DNA of 64,000 bases. Origin: the human T2T-CHM13v2.0 reference genome, Homo sapiens. This document shows, piece after piece, positions 1 through 16,452 of this stretch. A program made the position numbers and the translations under genes. Position 1 is the first letter of the stretch; each line of letters opens with the position of its first letter. Below the pieces are notes generated by a model. It saw only the letters and a list, made by a program, of their open reading frames with translations. It was not told the origin of the DNA and did not search any database. The stretch lies in the NCBI RefSeq assembly GCF_009914755.1, contig NC_060934.1; one strand, 5' to 3'.

Positions 1-228
1 AACATGGTGAAACCTCATCTCTACTAAAAATATAAAAATTAAGCTGTGTGTGGTGGTGCACGCCTGTAATCCCAGCTACGCAGGAGGCTGAAGGAGGAGA
101 ATTGCTAGAACCCGGGAGGCGGAGGCTGCAGGGAGCCGAGATCGCGCCACTGCACTGAAGCCTGCGCAACAGGGCCAGACACTGTCAAAAAAAAAAAAAA
201 AAAAAGGAAAAGAAAAGAAAGAAAGGAA
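1..228 (+). mobile_element. Alu (partial, cut by window edge) with A-rich tail
   Basis: Central A-linker, right arm (CCTGTAATCCCAGCTAC...GAGATCGCGCCACTGCAC), poly(A)/GAAA tail. Confidence 0.95.
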
Positions 229-229
229 A

Positions 230-2080
230 ATTTCCTGCCAACTCATGGTTTCTACACTGCAAAAAGTGAGCTCAAGTGGACAACCAGCTTCCCCATCAAC
301 TCGGTTTCCCTGGCAGGAGGCCCGTCCCTGCCTTAACGCACAGGAAGCATTGCAATTGCCTGAAGGAAGAAATATCCCTGAGGACAGACAGTAAAAGGTG
401 GAGATGGGAATGCTATGCCCGGCCCTGAAAACTATGCTCTGTAATTTAGCTGAAGGAGGCGCCAAATTAGAGTGGCCATTCAACAGCACCATGCCGTAGG
501 AGGTACGTTCCACAGGTCCCCAGGGCACAAACCCCTGGCCGGCATTCCTACACTGCCGGGATATCCCTCTCTGATACCTCCCCGATTCTGGACCGTCATT
601 GTTCCCATCATTTACTAGAGCTGAGGTGAACCTGGGCTTAAGGTGCCACCTAGAGCTGCAAAGGCGGCAGTGACCTAGTGGTAAAGAATCTCTACTCAGC
701 CAGATGCAGCGGCTCATGCCTGTAATCCTAGCGCTTTGAGAGGCTGAGGCAGGATTATCGCTTGAACCTGAGTGTGAGACGAGCCTGAGCAGAAACCCAA
801 CTCTAGGAAAAATGTCTAAAAATTACTCAGGCATGGTGGTGTATGCCTGTAAGTCTCAGTTACTCGGGGGAATGAGACAGGAGCATTGCTTGAGCCTAGA
901 AGTTCAAGTCTGCAGTGAACTATGATCACCACTGCACCCTAGCCTGGGTGATAGAGCAAGGCCCTGCCTCGAAGAGAAAAAGAAAGAGAAGGAGAAGGAA
1001 GAAGGAGAAGGAAGAAGAAAGAAGAAGAAAAGAAAAAGAAAAAGAATCTCTAAGCAGGTGTACCCAATAAAAACCAAAACAAGTCAAACAGAGAAGATTG
1101 GAATAAATAATTAATCCTTTGATGCAAAAACATGGACGTACACCCACAAGAAATAGGGAACCATGATCTCTGCAAATGAACAAAGAAAGGAACTAGTGAC
1201 TGCCCCTAGCAAGACAGCAATCTGTGAACTCTCTGACCAGGAATTCAAAATGACAGTTTTAAGGAGACTTGGCCAAGTCTAAAATAACACAGAAATCAAT
1301 TCAGAAATTTATCAGAGAAATTTAACAAAGAGATTGAAATAATTTTAAAAATCAAACAGAAATCTTGGAACTGAGACATACATTTGCTGAATTGAAAAAT
1401 CCATTAGAGATTCTCAACCCCAGAATGGATCAAGCAGAGAAAAGAATCAGTAAGCTCAGAGACCAGCTATTTGAAAATACATAGTCAAAGGAGAAAAAAA
1501 GAATAAAAGGGAAAGAAGGCCACTTACAAGATAGAGAAAATTACCTCAAAAGACCAAATCTAAGAAGTATTGGTGTTCAAGAGGGAGTTGAGCAAGAGCA
1601 AGGGGTAAAAAGCTTATTCAAGAAATAGAAAACTTCCCAAAACTTAAAAAGAAAAAAAATATCCGGATACAGGAAGGTCAGAGAAAACCAAACACATTCA
1701 TCCCAAATAATACTACCCCAAGGTATATAATAACCAAACTCTGAAAGGTCAAGGATAAAAGAGGGGATCCTAAAAGCAGCAAAAGAGAAGAAGCAAATAA
1801 CATATAAATGAGCTCCAATTCATCAGGCGACAGACTTCTCAACAAAAACAATGCAGGCCAGGAGAGAGTGCAATGACATTTTCAAAGTCCTGAAAGAACA
1901 AAACTGCCATTCAGTAATACTGTATCCCCAAAGGTATACTTCAAATATGAAGGAGAGAGGATGAATATTTAAGGTAATGGTTGTCCCAAGTACATTGATT
2001 TGATCTTTACAAATTTATGAATATATTATCATATGTGCCCCAAGACTCTGTATATCTATTAAGCATCAATAAAAAAAAAT
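230..2080 (+). mobile_element. Old L1 (L1MA-type), internally deleted: 5'UTR-like segment, decayed ORF1, then 3' terminus
   Basis: ORF1-like sequence 1055-1955 (AGAATGGATCAAGCAGAG, ATCCTAAAAGCAGCAAAAGAG, CAGACTTCTCA); L1MA-like 3' end and AATAAAAAAAA at 1960-2080; interrupted by an Alu. Confidence 0.7.
698..1045 (+). mobile_element. AluJ-like element with (GAA/GGA)n tail
   Basis: Diverged dimeric Alu; purine microsatellite tail 972-1045. Confidence 0.9.
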
Positions 2081-2088
2081 TCTTTCAG

Positions 2089-2416
<328 letters not shown>

Positions 2417-2847
2417 TTAAAAGAAAATAAATAATAAAAGTAATTATTTCTTAGAAAACCTCACAGTTACATGTATTGACTCCATTATAGTTATATTTAT
2501 CCTTGATGGTGAACATATTAGTTAACACATTTATATATACATTATATATAATATGTGGATATATGGATATATCCCAAAATTACTATGCATTCAAACAACA
2601 ATCAGGCTATTTCTAGGAATAAGGCAATAACAAATCAAAAATATTGCATTCCTATAACCAATATATTTTGAAAATGAAAAACTAATGCATAAACACACAA
2701 ATGCAGTATTTCTTAAAGTAACAAATTTTTACGTATTTAAATATATGCCATTATATACACAGAATGGATAAAATTTAAAAGACTCACCATATCGAGTGTT
2801 GAAGATAATGCAGATCATACACTGCTGATTAGAAACATATAATGGTA

Positions 2848-3150
2848 GGCCGGGCTCGGTGGCTCACGCCTGTAATCCCAGCACTTTGGGAGGCCGAGGC
2901 GGGCAGATTACAAGGCCAGGAAATCGAGACCATCCTGGCTAACATGGTGAAACCCCGTCTCTACTAAAAATACAAAAAAAAAATTAGCTGGGCGTGGTAG
3001 CCGGCGCCTGTAGTCCCAGCTACTGGGGAGGCTGAGGCAGGAGAATGGCTGAACCCGGGAGGCGGAGCTTGCAGTGAGCCGAGATCGCGCCACTGCACTC
3101 CAGACCCGGCGGAAGAGGGAGACTCCGTCTCAAAAAAAAAAAAAAAGAAA
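2848..3150 (+). mobile_element. Young, CpG-rich Alu (AluY/Sc-like) with 17-bp TSD
   Basis: ATCGAGACCATCCTGGCTAAC; TSD AGA(A/G)ACATATAATGGTA at 2831-2847 and 3151-3167. Confidence 0.95.
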
Positions 3151-3689
3151 AGAGACATATAATGGTACAACCACTTTGAAAAACTGGCAGTTTCTGATAG
3201 TATTAACCCTACAACGCAGCAATTCTACTTTTAGGCATCTATCCAAGAAAAATGAAAATATAGGTCTATATGAAGACTTGCGCACAAATCTTCATAGGAG
3301 TTTTATTTATAATAGCAAAAACTGGACACAACCCACATTTTGATCCACAGGAGGATGGATAAACAAATTTTGCCCAGCATAATGTCTGTGAGATTCCTCC
3401 ATGTTGTGAGTATCAGTAGTTCATTCCTTTTTCTTGCTGAGTGGTATTCCATGGTAGTATTCCATGTAAATACAATGGCTCAAGTGATCCTTCCTCCTTG
3501 GCCCCTCAAGTAGCTGGGACTACAGGTGTCCAGCTAATTTTATTTTTTTTGTGGAGATGATGATTGCTATTCCATGTAAATACAGTGGACTACCACTTAG
3601 CAAGAAAAAGAATGAACTACCGATGCTCACAACATGGATGAATCTCACAGACATTTTGCTGTGAATGTCAAAAGAAGCCAGACACAATT

Positions 3690-4041
<352 letters not shown>

Positions 4042-4868
4042 TTATATATTTATTTGAAATTCAGGAATAGGCAAAAGAAATCTATGGTGGTTACCTTGGG
4101 TTGGGGACAGCAGGGAGATTAACTGAGAAGAGGTATGAGAGAATTTTCTAGGATAATAGAAATGTTTTTATCTTAATTTGGGTGGTGTTCACACAGGGAT
4201 ATATAGAGGTAGACTCATCAAACTGTACACTTAAGATTGGTGCATTTTACTTTTATATAAACTAAGCCTCAATAAAGAACTGAAAAAAATTTAAACATAC
4301 ATTTGTGCCTGAACACATGCACACATACAAACACACACATATCCATCCTGAGGATTTCCTTTTGAAGAAGCGGTAAGATTTTTTAAAACTATTTTCTTTA
4401 TATAAAAGTAAAAGTAGATACTTGGGCTTCCAATATAACTGATGTCTAATCTTTCTCAAAGAAAAGCAATTGAATTGCTTCAAGGGAATTATCACCAAGA
4501 ATTCAACATCTCAGTGTCAAAGATTCCCATTCACAATGTATTCCTGTTGTCTTCAAAAGCCAATGCTCTTTATATTCTTCTATCCAAAATCAATGGGGTT
4601 AAAATTCCCAGAATCTATGAAAAAAATTTTCAAACTAGCATTCAAGTAGTCTAGAGGCAGTTCGGCAATTTCAGAGGGAAAAAATGCTAAAAGTATTTTG
4701 TTTACATACATTTGACAAATTTGAAGTTTGGTTTATTCTTTTCACAGAAATCCCACTACAGTTTTAAAGGCCAATCTGTTTTTTTTTTAAGTTTTCATAT
4801 ATGCTACAAGGACTATACTAATCTTAGATAAAAATTAAGTAAATGAAGTTTATCAAAACTAACTTTTT

Positions 4869-5776
4869 GGAGGGCGGAGCCAAGATGGCCGAATAGGAAC
4901 AGCTCCGATCTACAGCTCCCAGCATGAGCGACGCAGAAGACAGGTGATTTCTGCATTTCCATCTGAGGTACCGGGTTCATCTCACTAGGGAGTGCCAGAC
5001 AGTGGGCGCAGGCCAGTGGGTGCGCGCACCGTGCGCGAGCCGAAGCAGGGTGAGGCATTGCCTCACTCGGGAAGTGCAAGGGGCCAGGGAGTTCCCTTTC
5101 CTAGTCAAAGAAAGGGGTGACAGACGGCACCTGGAAAATCGGGTCACTCCCACCCGAATACTGCGCTTTTCCGACAGGCTTAAAAAATGGTGCGCTAGGA
5201 GATTATATCCTGCACCTGGCTCGCAGGGTCCTACGCCCATGGAGTCTCACTGATTGCTAGCACAGCAGTCTGAGATCAAACTGCAAGGCGGCAGCGAGGC
5301 TGGGGGAGGGGCGCCCGCCATTGCCCAGGCTTGCTTAGGTAAACAAAGCAGCCGGGAAGCTCGAACTGGGTGGAGCCCACCACAGCTCAAGGAGGCCTGC
5401 CTGCCTCTGTAGGCTCCACCTCTGGGGGCAGGGCACAGACAAACAAAAACACAGCAGTAACCTCTGCAGACTTAAATGTCCCTGTCTGACAGCTTTGAAG
5501 AGAGCAGTGGTTCTCCCAGCACCCAGCTGGAGATCTGAGAACGGGCAGACTGCCTCCTCAAATGGGTCCCTGACCCCTGACCCCCGAGCAGCCTAACTGG
5601 GAGGCACCCCCCAGCAGGGGCAGACTGACACCTCACACGGCCGGGTACTCCAACAGACCTGCAGTTGAGGGTCCTGTCTGTTAGAAGGAAAACTAACAAA
5701 CAGAAAGGACATCCACACCAAAAACCCATCTGTACATCACCATCATCAAAGACCAAAAGTAGATAAAACCACAAAG
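4869..5776 (+). promoter_or_regulatory. L1 5'UTR internal sense promoter and antisense promoter region
   Basis: CpG-rich 5'UTR with intact YY1 motif CAAGATGGCC at 4881-4890. Confidence 0.8.
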
Positions 5777-6791
5777 ATGGGGAAAAAACAGAGCAGAAAA
5801 ACTGGAAACTCTAAAAAGCAGAGCACCTCTCCTCCTCCAAAGGAAGGCAGTTCCTCACCAGCAACGGAACAAAGCTGGACAGGGAATGACTTTGACGAGC
5901 TGAGAGAAGAAGGCTTCAGAAGATCAAATTACTCTGAGCTACAGGAGGACATTCAAACCAAAGGCAAAGAAGTTGAAAACTTTGAAAAAAATTTAGAAGA
6001 ATGTATAACTACAATAACCAATACAGAGAAGTACTTAAAGGAGCTGATGGAGCTGAAAACCAAGGCTCGAGAACTACGTGAAGAATGCAGAAGCTTCAGG
6101 AGCCAATGCAATCAACTGGAAGAAAGGGTACCAGCGATGAAAGATGAAATGAATGAAATGAAGCGAGAAGGGAAGTTTAGAGAAAAAAGAATAAAAAGAA
6201 ACGAGCAAAGCCTCCAAGAAATATGGGACTATGTGAAAAGACCAAATCTACGTCTGATTGGTGTACCTGAAAGCGACGGGGAGAATGGAACCAAGTTGGA
6301 AAACACTCTGCAGGATATTATCCAGGAGAACTTCCCCAGTCTAGCAAGGCAGGCCAACATTCAGATTCAGGAAATACAGAGAACGCCACAAAGATACTCC
6401 TCGAGAAGAGCAACTCCAAGACACATAATTGTCAGATTGACCAAAGTTGAAATGAAGGAAAAAATGTTAAGGGCAGCCAGAGAAAGGTCGGGTTACCCAC
6501 AAAGGGAAGCCCATCAGACTAACAGCAGATCTCTCGGCAGAAACTCTACAAGCCAGAAGAGAGTGGGGGCCAATATTCAACATTCTTAAAGAAAAGAATT
6601 TTCAACCCAGAATTTCATATCCAGCCAAACTAAGCTTCCTAAGTGAAGGAGAAATAAAATATTTTACAGACAAGCAAATGCTGAGAGATATTGTCACCAC
6701 CAGGCCTGCCCTAAAAGAGCTCCTGCAGGAAGCACTAAACATGGAAAGGCACAACCAGTACCAGCTGCTGCAAAATCATGCCAAAATGTAA
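5777..6791 (+). pseudogene. L1 ORF1p, frameshifted
   Basis: MGKKQSRKTGNSK...; 2-bp loss in the AG run near 6480 diverts the frame (stop at 6589); native end CCAAAATGTAA at 6781-6791. Confidence 0.93.
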
Positions 6792-6854
6792 AGACCATCA
6801 AAACTAGGAAGAAACTGCATCAACTAACGAGCAAAATAACCAGCTAACATCATA

Positions 6855-10675
<3,821 letters not shown>

Positions 10676-11688
10676 ACAATGAGAACAACACATGGACACA
10701 GGAAGGGGAACATCACACTCTGGGGACTGTTGTGGGGTGGGGGGAGGGGGTAGGGATAGCACTGGGAGATATACCTAATGCTAGATGACGAGTTAGTGGG
10801 TGCAGCGCACCAGCATGGCACATGTATACATATGTAACTAACCTGCACATTGTGCACATGTACCCTAAAACTTAAAGTATAATAATAATAAATTTTAAAA
10901 AAACTAACTTTTTAAACATGATATGGCATTAATTTTTATGTTTGTAAAATGTGCAGTTTTTTCTATTATATTGAGTAATATCCCTGATTTGAAAACATAC
11001 ATTGAAGCTCAACAATGGTTCACTAAGGTATAAAAATAGTGATTAAAATTATAACAAAAATATTACCATTATGAATTGTATCACAAATCTATAGTGTGAA
11101 TACAGAACTAGAATTGGTTCAGGTACATCTGAGTGTAATTTTTCCATACAGAAGCTTTAAAAGACAAGTTCCACTAAGTATGATGATTGGCATCTGAAGA
11201 TAGAATTTTTGAGAACTGATGAGCCATTTGCTCTTAGTCTCCAGAACATTATCTCTTATGAAAATTCATCAACTGGTTTATGACTTTGAAATATTAGGGT
11301 CATTTTCAGTTAAAGCACCATGATCTCTCCAGTAACCAAATATGCACAAGATAATGCTTTCCAGTCTTAAATTGAGGAATCTTGATTACAAAAGGCACAA
11401 AAGAGACCGAATTACAGAAACATCATTCAAAGTTTCATTCCTTACAGTAAAAACAGGTATAAGTTATAGTATTGGTAAGAAGTTTGTAGTAATAGCCATA
11501 ATCAATGAAATTGATGTTTTTCTTCTAGAAAGCATAATGAGCTATTAGCAAAATTTGTCAGATAACACTATTGAACTCTGAGTATCTGAAATATAGCTAT
11601 ATGGAAGGTAATTACTATCACATATCTGTGCTAGAATGTACTTCATTCTACATAGTTGCTCAAAACCACTGAAATGATGAGTCACCTC

Positions 11689-12131
11689 TGTCTTAGTTCA
11701 TTTTCTGTGCTTATAACAAAATACTTGAAACGGGGTAATTTGTAGAGAAAAGGAATTTGTTTCTTAAGTTCTGGAGGCTGAGAAGTCCAAGGTCAAGGGG
11801 CCACATCTGGTGAGAGCTTTCTTGCTGGTGGGAATCCTGTACAGAGCCCAGTGGTGGTACAGGAGATCACATGGTAAGGAGACTGAACATGTTAATGCGC
11901 TATACTCAGGTCTCTCTTCCTCTTTTTATAAAGCCACCAGTTCCATTCCCATGATAACCTATTAATCCATTAACCCTCTAATCCATTAATCCATAAATGG
12001 ATTAATCCATTCATAAGAGCAGAGCCCTCAAGGTTCAATCACCCCTTAAATATCCTACCTCTCAATACTGCCACATTGGGGATTAAATTTCAACATGAGT
12101 TTTGGAAGTGACAAATATTCAAGCCATGGCA
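11689..12131 (-). mobile_element. MaLR solo LTR (MST/MLT1A family)
   Basis: TG...CA termini; 5-bp TSD ACCTC (11684-11688, 12132-12136); TTCTGGAGGCTGAGAAGTCCAAGGTCAAGG motif. Confidence 0.85.
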
Positions 12132-12162
12132 ACCTCTTAACATTATATATATTATATAGATT

Positions 12163-12497
12163 AATGGCCCCCAACCTTTTTGGCACCAGGGGTCAGTTTC
12201 ACGGAAGACAATTTTTCCACAGATGGGGATGGGGGGATGGTTTCGGGATGAAACTCTTCCACCTCAGATCATCAGGCATTAGATTCTCATAAGGAGCATG
12301 CAACCTAGATCCCTTGCATGCACCGTTCGCAATAGGGTTCGCACTCCTGTGAGAATCTGATGCTGCCAATGATCTGAAAGGAAGCAAATCTCAACTGGTA
12401 ATGCTCACTTACCAGCTGCTCACCTCCTGTTGTGCAACCCAGTTCCTAACAGACCACTGACTTGTACCATTCCACAGCATAGAGATTGGGGACCCTG
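12163..12497 (+). mobile_element. MER1B-like hAT-Charlie non-autonomous DNA transposon
   Basis: CCCCAACCTTTTTGGCACCAGGG...GGAAGACAATTTTTCCAC...TTGGGGACCCTG. Confidence 0.85.
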
Positions 12498-15427
12498 ATA
12501 TAGGAAGGACCTCATGACTTTATGTGTTTACCACTGAAAATGCATGCTACAGAGGAAGAGAACATGTTTAACATCTATTTTGTGTCCATCTGTGATGTGA
12601 AATGGAAACTGTATCAATAATTTGGTAGTGATAGAATACTAGCTATGGATAGAGCAAAAGCATATTTTAAAACTACAACCAAACACTGCAACAGAATATC
12701 AAGAAATATTTCTTAGACGCACACACAAGCAGAGTGTTATTAGACATTCAAATATTTGAAACATTTGAAATATCGGCATCTGAACAAGAAGAGAACCAAA
12801 TGTGCTGCTCAGAGAAAAATCTCTCCACAATTTCTGGATTAATATGCAACTCAAAAGTCCAAAACTATCTGACAAAGCCTTCAAATATTTGCTCTTTTAA
12901 TGACTTACAATTATGAATTAGCATTTTCTAATTTAGAAGAACATAAAAGGTAAGAAAAAGCCTGCATTTAAAACCTGACCTACAGTTCAGGGCATCCATC
13001 ATCAAACCTGTTAAAAGTTAGAGAAACACATTAATGATAAGCCATAATGAGAGAATTTTACTAGGTGTCTCTGGGTATCACTAAATCACAACTGACTCCA
13101 ACAAACCAAAAAAAGAGAGTTGCTCTCTCCCTGGGCACAAGTCATTGGAGTGGATTTTGTTACTCTACAGTTTTTATAAATAAGAAAAGTGTAATTCGGG
13201 TAAGTAAAATAAGCAAAGTCATAAGATTATACACACCAGAAGCATACCTAACTCACGTCTTCACAGTTCTAATTCAGACTCTTTGCTTCATACCATTCCT
13301 TCTCATAATCAGAGCCTGTAGTGTGCTTTTGATCTATTGCAAGGCTCTAGTTATTTAAACCATCAACTTAAAGGAATACTTATTCTAGAACTCTTACTGA
13401 GCTGATGGCTACCAACTAACTAAACTTCCTACACCACAACTAGGCATGGTTGTTCAGCTTACATTAAAAAAAAAAACAAAACCAACTTCCTGCTATCCTA
13501 CCAAATTGTCTTCTTTCTGCCACCTAGAGAGAGCATTCAATACAGTCCAAAGCAAGGCATCTTTGAGTCCAGCGCTCTCTTTATTCTAATGGCACTCTAT
13601 TCCTCCCTAGACCAAAGTACCAATTTTTTTCCCTACCCCACAACCTACACTCCCTCCCCAGTTCCAGACCTGGACACAAGATAAGGAGCATCCAAATACT
13701 GGATCTTTTTTTTAATACCTCTCCTTTTTTTTTTTTTTTTTTTAGAATTAGTTGAAATTTTATTAACATGTTGTCCATAATTAGTTCACGAAAATGAATG
13801 AATTTTACCTTGTGAACATTATTAAAATACTTTCCAAATGCAAATTATGATTTGCCCCAAAAATGCCCCAAACTTTATAAATGTCCTGTTAAGATGGATT
13901 ACCTCTTCTTAAGCCTTAAACCAACATTGAAGTTTAAGTTGAACTGAGGGTTCATATTCATTCTATTTGCCAGCCTTCAAAAGTCAATAGAACTATTTCC
14001 ACTAGATGGCTGTCTTTACCAAGAACTGTAAGAGCTATGCCAACTTGCAGCAGTTTTCAAGTTTTAAAGCTTACCTTTTACAGAGGCAAGCATATATGCA
14101 GCCATTTAATAGGCTCACTCCTACAAAATGTTCATGTATTACTTTATTTGTTCACCCCCGCATTGCAAAAAGTCAATATGATAAAAATGTAATGTGTTCT
14201 AGAAAATAATGAGAGAAATTTTATTTGTTTCAGGCTGAAAATTTTCTAAAACATGTAAGGAATTTTGCCCTGGAGACTGAAAGACATATATAAAAATTAT
14301 CTCAGTGTAATTGTTTATATTGTCAGATCAAAAGTTACTTGTTGGTTATAAAAATTGTGTTCTTTAATATTTAAGAAAAGAGATTGGCTATCACTACTTA
14401 TATTTGGAATTTGTTTCACACCTTTCTCTAGGTCATAAAGGTATTTTAAAGTTAAAATATGATACATTGAATAGAATTTGTTATAAGCTACAATTTCTAC
14501 TGTATCAAGGAAATTGTTTCTTCCACTCACATGTTTTGTTATTTCCTTAGTATTTGATTCCTTGTTATTTGATTAGTACAAAAATTCAGCACCAAGTGCA
14601 GAGAGGATTGGTTGGGTGGTTGGTTGTTTTTCAGTAAACTTTTTATTGAGGTATAACAAAACTAAAGAAAAGTGCACAAATTGTAAGCATATAGCTTGAC
14701 TGATGTTCGCAAAGTGAAATTAACATAAACGTTTTTGTGCAATTGTATATTTTACCTTTTTAAATTTTATTTGCTATTTGTTTAGTTACATCCAAATAAC
14801 CAGCACCTAGATCAAGAACTAGAACACTACCAGCCGCCCAGACGTTCCTAATCACCTCACCGAAGTGGTGACCATTATTCTGACATCTAATACCACAGAG
14901 ATGGCTTTCGCCTGTTTTGAAGTTTATATGACTCATCCCACTTGTTTGGCTTTTCATTGTGTTGATGAGAATCATCTACTTTGTTTTCACTGCTATGCAT
15001 CACAACTTACTTATTCATGATCATTTGTGTGGTGTCCAGTTTGGAGCTATTATGAATAGTGCTGTTATGAAGTTTCTATATATACACTGAATCAATATGT
15101 GTATGCATTTCTTTGAGTGAGCATATACTTAGAAGTGGAATTGCTGAGTCATGACATTTGCATATGTTCAGCTTTAGTAAATACTGCCAATTTTCTGAAG
15201 TAGTTGTACCAATCCACACTCCCACAAGCAGGATACGAACTCCACTATTCCATTTCCTCCTCAGCACTTGGTATTGTCAGTCCTTTAAACAGTAGCCATT
15301 CTGGTGGGTATATAGTGATATCTCATTATAGTTTTAAATTGCTTTTCCCTGAAAACTAATGAAATTGTTTATATGCTTATTGGTTAAGAATGTTCCAATC
15401 TTTTCTTCATTTTGTATAATATTTTCA

Positions 15428-15585
15428 GGCTAGGTACAATGGCTCATGCCTGTAATCCCAACACTTTGGGAGACCAAGCTGAGAGGATTGCTTGAGCTCA
15501 GGAGTTTGAGGCTGAAGTGAGCTATAATTGCACCACTTCCCTCCAGCCTGGGCCATAGGGCAAGACCCTGTTTCCAAAAAAAAAC
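15428..15585 (+). mobile_element. Monomer-length Alu (FAM-like or internally deleted AluJ)
   Basis: Single-arm Alu with A tail. Confidence 0.85.
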
Positions 15586-15870
15586 ACATATTTTCTATCT
15601 TTTCTTTATTAATTTGTGTGAGTCAGTGGTAAGATATAAATATATTATAATTATCTTCTACTCTGGGGCTTGACCAGTTATGGTCTTAACATTATCTTTG
15701 ATGAGTAAAGTTCAGTTTATTAATTTTATCTTTTATGGTTAGCACATTCTTTAGGTCCTCTTTTTAAAATCTTTGCCCAGATAGTCATCAGACTATCCAA
15801 AGTCAGTGTGAAGGAACAAATTCTAAAAGCAGCAAGAGAGAGGCAACTAATCACCTATAAAGAAAATCCT

Positions 15871-16170
15871 GGCTGGGTGAGGTGGCTCACACCTGTAATC
15901 CCAACACTTTGGGAGGCAGACGCAGGCGGAGGCAGGTGGATCACCTGAGGTCAGGAGTTCGAGAGCAGCCTGGCCAACATGGTGAAACTCCATCTCTACT
16001 AAAAATACAAAAATTAGCCAGGCATGGTGGTGCGGCCTGTAATCCTAGCTACTAGGGAGGCTGAGGCAGGAGAATTACTTGAACTCAGGAGGTGAAGGTT
16101 GCAGTGAGCCGAGATCACACCACTGCAGTCTGGGCTACAGAGCAAGACTCCATCTCAAAAAAAAAAAGAA
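15871..16170 (+). mobile_element. AluS inserted in L1PB
   Basis: Full dimer plus poly(A). Confidence 0.95.
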
Positions 16171-16225
16171 AATCTCATCAGACTAGCAACTTCTCAGCAG
16201 AAATCTTATAAGCTAGAAGAGATTA

Positions 16226-16452
<227 letters not shown>

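Noticed and set aside
76-717. 213-aa minus-strand ORF
   Set aside because: Runs through Alu, old L1 and poly(T); chance ORF
11955-12012. (ATCCATTA)n repeat with palindromic TGGATTAATCCA
   Set aside because: Intrinsic feature of this MaLR LTR family
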